From assembly GCA_035542315.1 (NCBI GenBank), contig DATKLT010000022.1:271-64270 (forward strand): a stretch of 64,000 bases of DNA, in the 5' to 3' direction. The number at the start of each line of letters is the position of its first letter. Positions within the stretch are counted from its first letter, which is position 1. The notes below the pieces were generated by a model. That model was not told the DNA's origin and did no database searches. It saw only the letters and a list, made by a program, of their open reading frames with translations. Source of the DNA: Solirubrobacterales bacterium (GTDB lineage Bacteria > Actinomycetota > Thermoleophilia > Solirubrobacterales > 70-9). Of this stretch, positions 1 through 9,398 are shown piece after piece. Both the position numbers and the translations under genes were made by a program.

Positions 1-789
1 CCCGTGCGCCAATGCCTGCACGAGCGCCATCAAGGCCGTGCTGGAGCGCGTGAACGAGGGGCTGTTGGAGGAGAAGTAGAGCGTCATCTCGGCGTGCTCG
101 CCGACCTCCGACATCGTCGCGTCGGAGATCGCCAGGGTGCGCGCGCCGCGGTGCACAGCGAGCTTCATCGCCCGCAGCAGCAGCGGGTGGGCGCGGCCGG
201 CCGAGAGCGTGATGACGAGGGTGTCGTCATCGATCCGGCCGAGCCGCTGCAGCGACTCGCCGCCGGTCGAGGCGACGATTTCGGCGCGGATGTCGAGCAG
301 GCTGAGCGTGTGGCGCAGGTAGCTGGCGAAGAACGCCATCTGGTCGACGCCGACGATCACGATCCGCTGCGCCGTGGCCAGCGCCGCGACCGACTGTTCG
401 ATCTGCTCGGTGCTCAGCTTGCGCGCGGTTTCCTCGAGGTTCGAGTAGTCGGCGCTGAGCGAAGCCTCCAGCTCGGAGTGGTCGAAGGAGAACAGCGGCC
501 CGCCGGGGGCACCGGCGGTCGCGATCGTCGTCCGGTACTCCTCGATCGCGGCCTGCTGCAACTCCGGGTACCCCTCGAAGCCGAGGGCCTGGGAGAAGCG
601 CACCACCGTCGATGACGAGGTGCTCGCTCTCCTGGCCAGCTCCTCGGCGGTGAGGAAGGCTGCCTCGTCGAGGTGATCGACGATGTAGCGGGCGACGTCT
701 TTCTGGGAGCGCGAGAACTCGTCGAAACGCTCCTGGATGTAGTCGGAAAGACTTTTGAGCTGGGGGGACTTCGTTGCAGTCTTGGTCAC
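1..789 (-). CDS. RpiR/MurR-family transcriptional regulator (HTH_6 + SIS); 3' end runs off the window
   Basis: Absent from the ORF track because no stop lies inside the window. My reverse-complement translation from GTG(789) reads VTKTATKSPQLKSLSDYIQERFDEFSRSQKDVARYIVDHLDEAAFLTAEELARRASTSSSTVVRFSQALGFEGYPELQ (RpiR-type HTH), then an SIS-like RIVIVGVDQMAFFASYL segment. The + ORF 4..615 is its R/G-rich antisense shadow. An alternative TTG start lies at 798, just after AGGAAGG. Confidence 0.8.
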   Translation of the reverse strand, partial: MTKTATKSPQLKSLSDYIQERFDEFSRSQKDVARYIVDHLDEAAFLTAEELARRASTSSSTVVRFSQALGFEGYPELQQAAIEEYRTTIATAGAPGGPLFSFDHSELEASLSADYSNLEETARKLSTEQIEQSVAALATAQRIVIVGVDQMAFFASYLRHTLSLLDIRAEIVASTGGESLQRLGRIDDDTLVITLSAGRAHPLLLRAMKLAVHRGARTLAISDATMSEVGEHAEMTLYFSSNSPSFTRSSTALMALVQALAHG

Positions 790-840
790 GGCGGTCAATT
801 TCGCCTTCCTCGACGCTTTCCCTTCTGAGAAACTCGCGCG

Positions 841-1233
841 ATGACGCTCGAGCAGGCGCTTCGCCTCACCAACGCGAACATGATCGCCTTCGACCTCGTC
901 CTCGGCAGCGCCGCGATCGCCGCCCCGGCGGCGACGCTGCGGGTGCTCGGTCACGACGAGCCCTCGCCGGATGCCAAGCATCTATTTCGGCGCTGTGGGC
1001 CGATCTGGCTCACCTTCGCCGCCGCCCACGCGGTCGCCGCCAAGCGCGGTCGCCCCGCCGACTGGCAGTCGCTGGCCTGGCTGCGCGGGACCGAGATCGC
1101 GACCGACGCGCTCTGGGCCGGCTCGCCGGCGGTGACCCGGCCCGGCGCCAAGCTCGGACTGCGGCTCGCCGGCGTCGCCAACGTCGCGATGGCGGCCGGC
1201 TTCGCCTGGATGGCGAGGCGCGGCGATGGCTGA
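841..1233 (+). CDS. hypothetical small membrane protein
   Basis: 130-aa ORF with hydrophobic helices (IAFDLVLGSAAIAAPAA, LAGVANVAMAAGFAWM). Divergent from the RpiR gene. No family recognised. Confidence 0.45.
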   Translation: MTLEQALRLTNANMIAFDLVLGSAAIAAPAATLRVLGHDEPSPDAKHLFRRCGPIWLTFAAAHAVAAKRGRPADWQSLAWLRGTEIATDALWAGSPAVTRPGAKLGLRLAGVANVAMAAGFAWMARRGDG

Positions 1234-1555
1234 GCTCGACGGTCTGCCCAGCATGCGCTGGTCGCTGCGCGGCATCAACGAAGAGGGCGACGAGGCCTGG
1301 CTGATCCGCGGCATCGCCCGCAAGCTCTACCGCTGCCCGGGGTGCCACGGCGAGATCGAGGTCGGCGACGAGCACACGATCGTCCAGTTCGTGCGCCGGC
1401 TCGGCGGCACCGACCATCACCACTGGCACCGCCAGTGCGCCGAAGAACTGCTGGTGCCCGAGCTGACACAGGTGAAGCGGGTCCCGGCCTCGGAGTCGAG
1501 CCAGTCGCGGCTGGAGGCCCGCGGCCGGGTCAAGCCGGGACGCCGGCCCCGCTGA
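1226..1555 (+). CDS. conserved zinc-ribbon protein (family often annotated 'ATP/GTP-binding protein' in actinobacteria)
   Basis: 109 aa with the motif LYRCPGCHGEIEVGDEHTIV ... HHHWHRQC. Overlaps the upstream ORF by 8 nt. Confidence 0.55.
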   Translation: MAELDGLPSMRWSLRGINEEGDEAWLIRGIARKLYRCPGCHGEIEVGDEHTIVQFVRRLGGTDHHHWHRQCAEELLVPELTQVKRVPASESSQSRLEARGRVKPGRRPR

Positions 1556-1556
1556 C

Positions 1557-2312
1557 GTGCTGCGCCGGGTCGCCAGCACCTACGCGCGGATCTGGCGCAC
1601 CTACGTCGGCTGGGCGCCGAGCCTGCTGCTGCTCGGGCTCGTCGTCTTCGTCCCGCTGGGACTGCTCGACGCCGCTGCGCTCAAGGTGGACGTGGACGCG
1701 CTCGACCTGACCAGCGGGATCAAAATCGCCGCCTTCGCCCTCGCCGTCAGCGCCGTGACGGCGACCAGCCTGCTCGGCGAGGTCTTCTTCAGCGGCGCCG
1801 TCGCCGTCTCCCTCACCCACCCCGAGCACAAAAAGCCACCGCCGCTCGCTCATATCGCCAAGCGCCTCAACTACGGGCGCCTGATCGCGGTCGACCTCCT
1901 CTACGTCTTCGCCGTCGTCGCCGTCGCCGTGATCTCGCTGCCGCTGGCCGCCGTGACCTGGACTATCCCCTTCGTCTGGCTTGGGCTCTCCGGACCGATA
2001 GTCGAGCTCGAGGAGCACCGTGTCCGCGCCGCCTTCGCCCGCAGCTGCAGCCTGGTGCGGCACAACTTCTGGTTCGTGTTCTGGATCCTGGTCCCGATCG
2101 AGCTCGTCGGCGACGTGGTCGGCGCCCTCGTCGCGGGCGTCGTCCACGGCCTCCTCGGCCACTCCTTCGTCGCCTCCTGGCTCGCCGAGTCGGCCTCGAA
2201 CATCGTCCTCTCCCCCTTCTTCGCCGTCGCCGCCGTGCTGCTGGCGATCGACCTGATCCACCTCAAGGACGGCTCTGGACCGCGTCTAAACTCGGAGCCG
2301 GCCTACCCATGA
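1557..2312 (+). CDS. polytopic membrane protein, function unknown
   Basis: 251 aa with about 6 hydrophobic spans (SLLLLGLVVFVPLGLL, LLYVFAVVAVAVISLPLAAV, FWFVFWILVPIELVG). Starts 2 nt after the previous stop. Confidence 0.6.
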   Translation: MLRRVASTYARIWRTYVGWAPSLLLLGLVVFVPLGLLDAAALKVDVDALDLTSGIKIAAFALAVSAVTATSLLGEVFFSGAVAVSLTHPEHKKPPPLAHIAKRLNYGRLIAVDLLYVFAVVAVAVISLPLAAVTWTIPFVWLGLSGPIVELEEHRVRAAFARSCSLVRHNFWFVFWILVPIELVGDVVGALVAGVVHGLLGHSFVASWLAESASNIVLSPFFAVAAVLLAIDLIHLKDGSGPRLNSEPAYP

Positions 2313-3181
2313 GCACCGCCTCGATCTTCTCGGAGTTCTGGAGCAAACTCGTCGATCACGAAGAGCAGGGTCTGTTCTTGGTCCTCGTCGGCTTCATCCT
2401 CTCCTTCGGCTTCATCCGGATGAGCACGCGGCTGATGCGCAGTCCCCGGGTCTCCTGGTGGCCGGGCAGCGTCGTCAGCGACAGCGGCGTCCACATCCAC
2501 CACCTCGTCTTCGGGATCGTGACGATGATGGTCGCCGGGGCGCTCGGCTTCCTTTCCTTCGGCCGCAGTCCCAGCACTGAGATCTGCGCGCTGTTCTTCG
2601 GCATCGGCGCCGGGCTGACGATCGACGAGTTCGCGCTCTGGGTCCACCTCGACGACGTCTACTGGTCCGAGGAGGGCCGCAGCTCGATCGACGCCACGGT
2701 GATCGCCGCCGCCGGGATGCTGCTGGTCCTGCTCGGCTTCAGCCCGCTCACCTTCGAAACCGGGTCGGCGAGCGCGGTGATCGGCAGCATCCTCAGCGCA
2801 GCCTTCATCTTCGGCCTGGTCGCGGTCTGCTTCCTCAAGGGGCGGGTCCTGCACGGAACGATCGGCTTCTTCATCTTCCCGATCGCGATCTACGGCGCCT
2901 GGCGGCTGGGCAAGCCGACCTCCGCCTGGGCCCGCCACCGCTACGGCGATCGCCACCCTGACAAGCAGGCTCGCTCGGAGGAGCGCTTCCCGCCGGAACG
3001 CCGCACCGAGCGCTTCAAGAACGCCTTCCGCGACATCGTCGGCGGCAAGCCGAGCGAGGGCGTCGCCGCCGCCACCGAAGAGGCCTTCGCGGCAACCCGG
3101 GAGGCAACCGAAGAAGTGCGGCAGCGGGCCGAACGGGTCGCCCACGCGGCGGACCCGACCCGCCGCCGTGACGGGGGCTGA
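2309..3181 (+). CDS. integral membrane protein, function unknown
   Basis: 290 aa. TM spans (LFLVLVGFILSFGFI, HHLVFGIVTMMVAGALGFL) plus a charged C-terminal tail. 4-nt overlap with the upstream gene. Confidence 0.6.
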   Translation: MSTASIFSEFWSKLVDHEEQGLFLVLVGFILSFGFIRMSTRLMRSPRVSWWPGSVVSDSGVHIHHLVFGIVTMMVAGALGFLSFGRSPSTEICALFFGIGAGLTIDEFALWVHLDDVYWSEEGRSSIDATVIAAAGMLLVLLGFSPLTFETGSASAVIGSILSAAFIFGLVAVCFLKGRVLHGTIGFFIFPIAIYGAWRLGKPTSAWARHRYGDRHPDKQARSEERFPPERRTERFKNAFRDIVGGKPSEGVAAATEEAFAATREATEEVRQRAERVAHAADPTRRRDGG

Positions 3182-3182
3182 C

Positions 3183-3773
3183 TCAGCGCCGCGCGGCGAG
3201 GCGGCGTTGCAGGTTGGCGCGCACCTCGGGCCACTCGCTGGGGATCACGCTGAAGTAGGCGGAGTCGCGCTGGCCGACCCCCGGCACGATCATGTGGTTG
3301 CGGAGGATGCCCTCGAACTGAGCCGGGAGGGCGCCGAGCGCGCCGCGGGAGCGCTTGTTGCGGGCGTCGGTCTTGAACTCGACGCGAACGCAGTCGAGCG
3401 TACCGAAGGCGTGCTCGATCAGTAGCAGTTTGGTCTCGACGTTGACGCCGCTGCGCCAGGCGCTGGGGTTGAACCAGGTCCAGCCGATCTCGACCACCCG
3501 GTCGCCAGGACGGACGTTGAGATAGCGGCTGCTGCCGACGACGGCGCCGTCGGCGCGGCGGCGGACGACGAAGACGCCCTCGCGGCCTTCCACCGTGGCC
3601 GCCAGCGAGACCCGCATGAACTCGGCGAAGATCTCGCGGTCGGCGCCGACGTTGGTCAGCCACTCCCAGATCTCGGGCGCCTGCGCCGCCTCCCAGAGCT
3701 CCTCGGCATGGTCCTCGCGCAACGGCTCGAGCACCACCAACTCCCCCTCAAGCCGCGACGCCAGCTTCTCCAT
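3183..3773 (-). CDS. GNAT-family N-acetyltransferase (RimJ/RimL-like)
   Basis: 196 aa. LVVLEPLREDHAEELWEAA ... VEIGWTWFNPSAWRSGVNVETKLLLIEHAFGTL ... RVEFKTDARNKRSRGAL is typical of the Acetyltransf_3 layout. Confidence 0.85.
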   Translation of the reverse strand: MEKLASRLEGELVVLEPLREDHAEELWEAAQAPEIWEWLTNVGADREIFAEFMRVSLAATVEGREGVFVVRRRADGAVVGSSRYLNVRPGDRVVEIGWTWFNPSAWRSGVNVETKLLLIEHAFGTLDCVRVEFKTDARNKRSRGALGALPAQFEGILRNHMIVPGVGQRDSAYFSVIPSEWPEVRANLQRRLAARR

Positions 3774-3836
3774 CGCGCCATCTTGCCCTACCGCGGCGGG
3801 GCGCCGTCCGGCGCCCCGCTCGGGCCTGCCCCAGCC

Positions 3837-4193
3837 TCAGCCGGCGCGGTCCATCCGCATCAGGCCGACGACGTGTCCCTCGGGATCGGCGAAGAGCGCG
3901 ATCTCGCCGCTCGGTATCTCCATCGGCGGCATCACCGTGCTGCCGCCCAGCGTTTCCGCCTTGGACAGCGAGGCGGCGACGTCGTCGACTTCGACGTAGA
4001 AGGTGACGTGACCGCCGTTGCCCTCCGGCGCCTGGCCGATCCCGCCCGGGATCCCCTCGCCGCCGGTGTCGACGCCGGTGTACGGCATCGCCTCCATGTC
4101 GTTCAGCTTCCAGTCGAAGAGCCCGGAATAGAAGCCCTTCATCGCCTCGCGGTCCGTTGCCGCGACTTCGAACCACATCGTCGGGTTGCCCAT
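3837..4193 (-). CDS. VOC/glyoxalase-family protein
   Basis: The track ORF 3837..4286 was trimmed to Met32 (MGNPTMWFEVAATDREAMKGFYSGLFDWK...VTFYVEVDD...GHVVGLM), by residue counting. Last gene of the ArsR operon. Confidence 0.8.
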   Translation of the reverse strand: MGNPTMWFEVAATDREAMKGFYSGLFDWKLNDMEAMPYTGVDTGGEGIPGGIGQAPEGNGGHVTFYVEVDDVAASLSKAETLGGSTVMPPMEIPSGEIALFADPEGHVVGLMRMDRAG

Positions 4194-4206
4194 CGTCTTC
4201 CTTTCT

Positions 4207-4659
4207 CTACTTACCGAACTCGTCGGGGCCGGGATCGCCGCCGGCTCCCGCGACCGCGAGCCGGTCCAGGTAGTGGCGCCAGCCATGGCCGTGCTTGGTC
4301 GCCGATTCCGCGGTCGCCAGGCCGGTGTGAATCAGCCGCACATGGGTGCCGTCGCGTTCGGCGGCGAGCAGGACCTCGACGGTGCTGCTGCCCGCCCTGG
4401 TCACCGAGTCCTCGCTGTTCCAGCCCCAGGTGAAAACGACCCTTTCGGGCGGTTCGACCGCCAAGTACTCGCCGGTGGCGACCGTGTCGTGTCTGATCTC
4501 GACCCGGAAGCCGCCGCCGGGGTGGGGGTCGATCTCGGCCGCCCGGCCCATCCACTGCACCATCAGCGCGGGGTCGATGAAGAAGTCGAAGACCGTCTCA
4601 GGGCTTGCGTCGATCCATACCTCGACCTCTACCGCCTCCACCGTCTCTACGTTTGCCAC
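4207..4659 (-). CDS. SRPBCC-domain protein (AHSA1/activator-of-Hsp90-ATPase-like)
   Basis: 150 aa. VEVWIDASPETVFDFFIDPALMVQWMG...VVFTWGW is the usual partner of ArsR regulators. Confidence 0.8.
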   Translation of the reverse strand: MANVETVEAVEVEVWIDASPETVFDFFIDPALMVQWMGRAAEIDPHPGGGFRVEIRHDTVATGEYLAVEPPERVVFTWGWNSEDSVTRAGSSTVEVLLAAERDGTHVRLIHTGLATAESATKHGHGWRHYLDRLAVAGAGGDPGPDEFGK

Positions 4660-4999
4660 GTTTGTCCCTCCTCTGCTGCTCCAGCTCGGCGGCCAGCCTC
4701 AGCCGCTCGAGGCGATCGGTCCAGAACTCGTCCATGAATGAACGCAGGCCTGCCAGCCCCTCGGGCCGGGCCCGGTAGAGACGGCTGGTGCCCCGCCGGC
4801 GCTCGCGCAACAGACCCGCCTCGCGCAGCACCGCCAGGTGCTGGGAGACGGCGGGCCGCGAGACGTCGAACTGGGCCGCGATTGCACCGGCGCTGAGCTC
4901 CCCGTCGCGGACCAGCGCCAGGATGCGCCGTCGGTTCGGCTCGGAGATCGCCCGCGCGACCAGGTCCAGCTCGGCCGGCTCTGAAAGCTCCACGTTCAC
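4598..4999 (-). CDS. ArsR/SmtB-family metalloregulator-type HTH repressor
   Basis: ISEPNRRRILALVRDGELSAGAIAAQFDVSRPAVSQHLAVLREAGLL. Start moved to GTG at 4999 (Val40 of track ORF 4598..5116), because the upstream part runs through the AT-rich promoter. The tail overlaps the SRPBCC gene by 62 nt. Confidence 0.85.
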   Translation of the reverse strand: MNVELSEPAELDLVARAISEPNRRRILALVRDGELSAGAIAAQFDVSRPAVSQHLAVLREAGLLRERRRGTSRLYRARPEGLAGLRSFMDEFWTDRLERLRLAAELEQQRRDKRGKRRDGGGGRGRGMDRRKP

Positions 5000-5009
5000 G
5001 AACCTATTT

Positions 5010-5021
5010 AAGCAATTGCTT
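5010..5021. promoter_or_regulatory. 12-bp perfect palindrome AAGCAATTGCTT, candidate ArsR operator
   Basis: Read directly. It lies 11 nt upstream of the ArsR GTG, inside the only AT-rich stretch of this locus. Confidence 0.3.
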
Positions 5022-5034
5022 TCGTAAGTGTCAA

Positions 5035-6084
5035 CTAACTTAAGACGACGGGATCGCCGTGGTAGCCGGCCAGGCCCAGCACTCGCTTCTCGCCGCCGGG
5101 CCAGAGCGTCAGCCACAGCCCGGCACGCTCCCCCGCCGGCTCCATCGCCAGGTGGGCGAGCGGCGCCTCAACGCTGGCGCGGGCTCCGGCCCCGCGGAGC
5201 AGATCGTCGAGCCGCTCGCGTTCTCGCTCGGGCAGGTACTGGATCACGATCGAGTGGAAGACGACGGTGGCCAGGGCCGGGGTCGACTCCGCGAGCCTTG
5301 CTTCGAGCCATTCAGCGGCGGGGGCGCGGTCGACGGCGACCGGCAGCCCGCGGGCGACCTCGATCGCGGCCTCGGTGCGGGCCGCGCGCTGTGGCTGGTC
5401 GGCCCAGAGGTAGGAGAGGAGCGTCAGCCTGCCCTCCTCCGCGGCCGGATCGACAGGCGCGGCGTCGCAGCCACGGCGCTCAGCGACCTCGACCGGAGCC
5501 TTCGAAGGTGGGGGCCCGCGCAGCTCGAACGAGATCGATAGCGGCGCGTCGGGCGCGCCCCAAGCGAAGCCATCGCTCTCGTAGCGGTAGCGATCCCAGC
5601 CGAGGTTGAGACCGGCGCTGGCGCCGAGCTCGAGCAGCCGCAGCGGCAGGCCGGTCGCCGCGGCGACGGCCAGGAAGCCGGGCAGCAGCGCCGCGCAGCG
5701 GCCGACCTCGTTGGTCTGGACGGGCAGATCGAGCAGCGGCCGCAGCTGCTCGTGGTGGGAATCGAGCGCGGCGAGAAAGGCGCTCCAGGTTGTCGCGGGG
5801 TCGCGAGCGGGGTCCGCGTAGAAAGCGGCGAGCTCGGGCAGCTTGCCGCAGACCGCGAGCCGGTGGACGGCGCCCATCAGCCGCAGCGCGAGCATCGAGC
5901 CGAAGGAGTCGGACTCGTGCCCGCGCAACAACTCCCAGGTCGGCCCGCCGCTGGCACAGTCTGCCGCGGCGCGGGAGAGCAGGTCGGCGTAGAGCGGCGA
6001 GCCAAGGTCGGCGCAGGCCCGGGATTGGAACTGGAGGCGCTCGGCCAACGCCGTCGCGGCCTCGCGGTCGAAGCCTCCCTTCAC
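5035..6084 (-). CDS. DUF2332-family protein
   Basis: 349 aa. [26 protein letters not shown]...[16 protein letters not shown] matches my memory of DUF2332 N-terminal signatures. Confidence 0.65.
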   Translation of the reverse strand: MKGGFDREAATALAERLQFQSRACADLGSPLYADLLSRAAADCASGGPTWELLRGHESDSFGSMLALRLMGAVHRLAVCGKLPELAAFYADPARDPATTWSAFLAALDSHHEQLRPLLDLPVQTNEVGRCAALLPGFLAVAAATGLPLRLLELGASAGLNLGWDRYRYESDGFAWGAPDAPLSISFELRGPPPSKAPVEVAERRGCDAAPVDPAAEEGRLTLLSYLWADQPQRAARTEAAIEVARGLPVAVDRAPAAEWLEARLAESTPALATVVFHSIVIQYLPERERERLDDLLRGAGARASVEAPLAHLAMEPAGERAGLWLTLWPGGEKRVLGLAGYHGDPVVLS

Positions 6085-6542
6085 TCCCCCATCGCCTTGA
6101 TCACCACCCGCTTGCGCCGCCCACCGTCGAACTCGCAGTAGAAGACCTGCTGCCAGGGGCCGAGGTCGAGGCGCCCGGCGGTGACGGGAACGATCGCCTG
6201 GTGGTGGACGAGCAGGTTCTTCAGGTGCGCGTCGCCGTTGTCCTCGCCGCCGCGGTGGTGCCGGTAGTCACCGGGGCCGGGCAGCAGTTCCTCCGCCACC
6301 CGGTTCGAAGCAGGCGCCCAGCTCGGCGGCGCCACCTTGTCGAGCCATTCGAGCATGTCCTCGTGCAGCCCGGGCTCGTCGTCGTTTACCCAGATCCCCG
6401 CCGTGATGTGCATCGCCGAAGCGAGCACCATCCCCTCGGCGATGCCTGCCTCGTCGACCACGTCCTGGACTTCCTCGGTGATGCGGATCAGTTCGCGGCG
6501 GTTGGGGGTTTCGAAGGCTAGGTGACGGGTGGCAGTTTTCAT
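6081..6542 (-). CDS. yjbQ: YjbQ/UPF0047 family (secondary thiamine-phosphate synthase-like)
   Basis: Trimmed to Met11 of track ORF 6081..6572. ITEEVQDVV...[23 protein letters not shown]...[35 protein letters not shown]. Confidence 0.8.
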   Translation of the reverse strand: MKTATRHLAFETPNRRELIRITEEVQDVVDEAGIAEGMVLASAMHITAGIWVNDDEPGLHEDMLEWLDKVAPPSWAPASNRVAEELLPGPGDYRHHRGGEDNGDAHLKNLLVHHQAIVPVTAGRLDLGPWQQVFYCEFDGGRRKRVVIKAMGE

Positions 6543-6550
6543 GCGATGGC

Positions 6551-8140
6551 TCAGGATTCGCTCGCGCTGCACACCTTGAAGCCGATTTCATCCGCGATTT
6601 CGTGACGCAGAGGCTGGCCTTCGTTGCGCGCTTCGCGCGCTAGCAGGTAGGAGGAGGTGTTTTCGGCCTCAGCCGCAGTGAGCGCTTTTTCGTCAAGTTC
6701 ATTGACTTCCTCCTGGGAGGTCACGTAGCGCCGGTACGCGTCTGCCTTTTTCGGCGGTGGCACCAGCCGCTGGAATTCATTGACGGCCCGAGTGGAGATC
6801 TTCACCAGTTCTTCGGAGTATTCGACGTTGGGCACTTCCTCGGACCTCGCTTCCGGGAATGCTTCACGAACGGCCTTGAAGGTGTCCTGGCTGTTTTCAC
6901 AGATCTGGTCGCCCTCCTTGATCAGCTGCGCGGCCGTCAGCGTCTGCGGCGTTTCCACCTGCTTCTTTTCTTCCTTCGCCGTCGTCGACCCCGTCCCATC
7001 CCCACCTTCCGTCTGGGCGAGGCCCGTCCCTTCGGCGCCGGTCTGACCGCCGTCCCCGCCCCCTCCCGAGCTCAGCACGATCGCGAGCACCACCGCCGCG
7101 ACCACTGCCAGGCCGCCCCCGGCCAGAGCCCAAACGCGTCGCGAACCGCCGCCCCCTCCGTCCCCTGAAGCATCGGTGGGGCCGGGCTCGGTTTCGGCGG
7201 TCGGGGCGAGTGGGGCGATGGTTTCGGGTTCGACGGTGGCGGCGGCGCCGGTGGCCACGGTGCGCTCCGGGATCGAGATCGACTCGCCGCTGACGGCGGC
7301 AAGGGCGGCGCGGCCGAGGTCGCCGGCGGAGGGGTAGCGGTCCCCCGGCTCCTTCGCCATCGCCCGGGCGACGACGTCGTCGAGCGCCATCGAGGTTCCG
7401 GGGGCGTAGAGGGAGGGCGCCGGCGGCGGGTCGTTGAGGTGGGCGTAGAGACGGGCCGCCTCGCCCTCGCGCGGGAACGGAACCTGGCCGGTGAGCAGCT
7501 TGAAGAGCAGGCAGCCGAGGGCGTAGACGTCGACCCGAGCATCGACCGCGGCGCCGGAAATCTGCTCGGGGGCGACGTAGTCGAGGGTGCCAACGAAGCG
7601 ACCGGTCTGGGTCAGGCCCGACTGGGTGGCGACGTTGCGGGCGACGCCGAAGTCGGTGATGTAGGCGTGCTCTGAGCCCGGCTCGCCGCTGAGCAGGACG
7701 TTGGCCGGCTTCACGTCGCGGTGGACGAGGCCGGCGGCATGGATCGCATCGAGGCCGTTGCCCACTTGGGCGATCAGCGCCGCAGCCCGCTCGGGATCGA
7801 GCCGGCCCTCGCTCTCGATCCGGCGGCCGAGGTCGGAGCCGGCGACGAAGCGCATTGCGATGTAGGGCACGCCGTCCTCATCACCTGCGGCGTAGATCGG
7901 GACCACGTTGGGGTGCTCGATCGAGGCCGCGATCCGCGACTCCTCGGCGAAGCGCTTGGCGAAGACCTCGTCGGCGGCGGCCTCGGGAGCGATCAGCTTC
8001 AGCGCCACCCGCCGCTCCAGACCCGGCTCGGTCGCCAGGTAGAGGATCCCCATCCCACCGCGGCCGAGCCGGCGCTCGATCCGGTAGCCGGCGAACTGAT
8101 CGCCGGAGGCGAGATCTATCCAGCCCCCGGGCTCAATCAT
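6551..8140 (-). CDS. Ser/Thr protein kinase with one TM helix and an uncharacterised extracytoplasmic C-terminal domain
   Basis: [42 protein letters not shown]. Then a P/A/T-rich linker, the [22 protein letters not shown], and a roughly 150-aa two-Cys domain. Confidence 0.9.
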   Translation of the reverse strand: MIEPGGWIDLASGDQFAGYRIERRLGRGGMGILYLATEPGLERRVALKLIAPEAAADEVFAKRFAEESRIAASIEHPNVVPIYAAGDEDGVPYIAMRFVAGSDLGRRIESEGRLDPERAAALIAQVGNGLDAIHAAGLVHRDVKPANVLLSGEPGSEHAYITDFGVARNVATQSGLTQTGRFVGTLDYVAPEQISGAAVDARVDVYALGCLLFKLLTGQVPFPREGEAARLYAHLNDPPPAPSLYAPGTSMALDDVVARAMAKEPGDRYPSAGDLGRAALAAVSGESISIPERTVATGAAATVEPETIAPLAPTAETEPGPTDASGDGGGGGSRRVWALAGGGLAVVAAVVLAIVLSSGGGGDGGQTGAEGTGLAQTEGGDGTGSTTAKEEKKQVETPQTLTAAQLIKEGDQICENSQDTFKAVREAFPEARSEEVPNVEYSEELVKISTRAVNEFQRLVPPPKKADAYRRYVTSQEEVNELDEKALTAAEAENTSSYLLAREARNEGQPLRHEIADEIGFKVCSASES

Positions 8141-8191
8141 CGCTCAACCCTAGCCAGCCGCCCCGCGCCTAAAGTGCTCGTGGGAGACGAG

Positions 8192-8980
8192 ATGCGCCAC
8201 CGGCTCGCAATATTCGCCTTGCTCGCGCTCGCCTGCGCGGCGGGGGTGAGCGCGGCAGCGGGCGAGCAGGTGCGCCGGGGCAACCTCGAGGTGACCTTCA
8301 ACGCCGGCTTCAACCCGCAGGCGTTGCCGCGCTCGCGGCCGGGGGCCGTCACCGTCACGGTCGAAGCCGGGATCGGGACCACCGACGGCAGCCGCCCGCC
8401 GGCACTGCGCAGCTTCGAACTCCAGCTCAACAGCCACGGCCGGATCGACGCGCATGGCCTTCCGGTCTGCAGGTCCTCGGAACTACAGTCGGTGCCGACC
8501 GAAGCGGCGCTCGCCCGCTGCCGGGGAGCGCTGGTCGGCCACGGCAGCTTCCGCGCCGAAGTCGAATCCTCGGAAAGCAAGGTCCCCGCCTCCGGCCGCA
8601 TCCTCGTCTTCAACGGCCGCCGCCACGGCCACCCGCTGCTCTTGCTCCACCTCTATGGCACGGTGCCGGTGCGCGCCAGCTTCGTCCTGCCGCTGGCGAT
8701 CCAGCATCGCGGCAAGCACGAACTTGGCACCCTCCTCGCCGCCAACGTACCGCTGCTCGCCAGCGGCCTCGGCTCGATCACCAGCATGAAGATGACGATC
8801 GGCCGCACCTTCTCCTACCGCGGCCGCCGCCACAGCTACCTCGGCGCAAGCTGCGCGGCGCCGAAGGGCTGGAACGTCGTTCCCTTCTTCCCCTTCGCCC
8901 GCGGCGTCTTCGACTTCGTCGATGGAATGCGCCTGCAGAAGACGCTGGAACGGTCCTGTCGCGTGCGCTCCTCTTCTTAG
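8192..8980 (+). CDS. secreted hypothetical protein
   Basis: Track ORF 7721..8980 trimmed to Met158. Signal peptide MRHRLAIFALLALACAAGVSAAAG, followed by a Cys-containing beta-rich body. The 5' part of the track ORF is antisense to the kinase. Confidence 0.55.
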   Translation: MRHRLAIFALLALACAAGVSAAAGEQVRRGNLEVTFNAGFNPQALPRSRPGAVTVTVEAGIGTTDGSRPPALRSFELQLNSHGRIDAHGLPVCRSSELQSVPTEAALARCRGALVGHGSFRAEVESSESKVPASGRILVFNGRRHGHPLLLLHLYGTVPVRASFVLPLAIQHRGKHELGTLLAANVPLLASGLGSITSMKMTIGRTFSYRGRRHSYLGASCAAPKGWNVVPFFPFARGVFDFVDGMRLQKTLERSCRVRSSS

Positions 8981-8992
8981 GAGGCTGCCCAG

Positions 8993-9322
8993 CTAGAGCC
9001 CGAGCCCGCCAACCCCGCGCTCGTCCCAGCCGAGGTGGTGGGCGAGCTCGTGGCGAAGGGTCTGCTCGACCTGGCGGGCGAGCGCGGCGCGGTCGTGGCC
9101 GAAGTCGCGTTCGAGCGTGTCGCGGTAGATCGCGATCCGGTCTTCGAACCCGTCGCGGGCGACGCCGTCGCCGAAGTACTCGCCGTAGGCGTCGCGCTCG
9201 GTGCCCAGATCGGAGACGACGACGGGCACGCTCTCGAGCACCTGCTGGAACTGCTCGGGCAGGGCGTCGATCGCGTCGGCGACCATCGCTTCGAAGTCAT
9301 CCATCTGCCGCTCGGGCTTCAT
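8993..9322 (-). CDS. metallopeptidase-family protein (zincin-like, HExxH)
   Basis: C-terminal RHELAHHLGWDE motif plus acidic N-terminal DDFEAMVADAIDALPE. Start set at Met27 (9322); Met33 (9304) is also possible. Confidence 0.7.
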   Translation of the reverse strand: MKPERQMDDFEAMVADAIDALPEQFQQVLESVPVVVSDLGTERDAYGEYFGDGVARDGFEDRIAIYRDTLERDFGHDRAALARQVEQTLRHELAHHLGWDERGVGGLGL

Positions 9323-9398
9323 CGATCCACAGCATGCAATACGTTCGTGATCCGGCGCAGTGCCGGTACAAGTCCACCAACCGAGCGGGGAGAGAAAC

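Noticed and set aside
4-615. 203-aa + strand ORF at the window start
   Set aside because: It is antisense to the RpiR-family gene, whose HTH and SIS segments translate cleanly on the minus strand.
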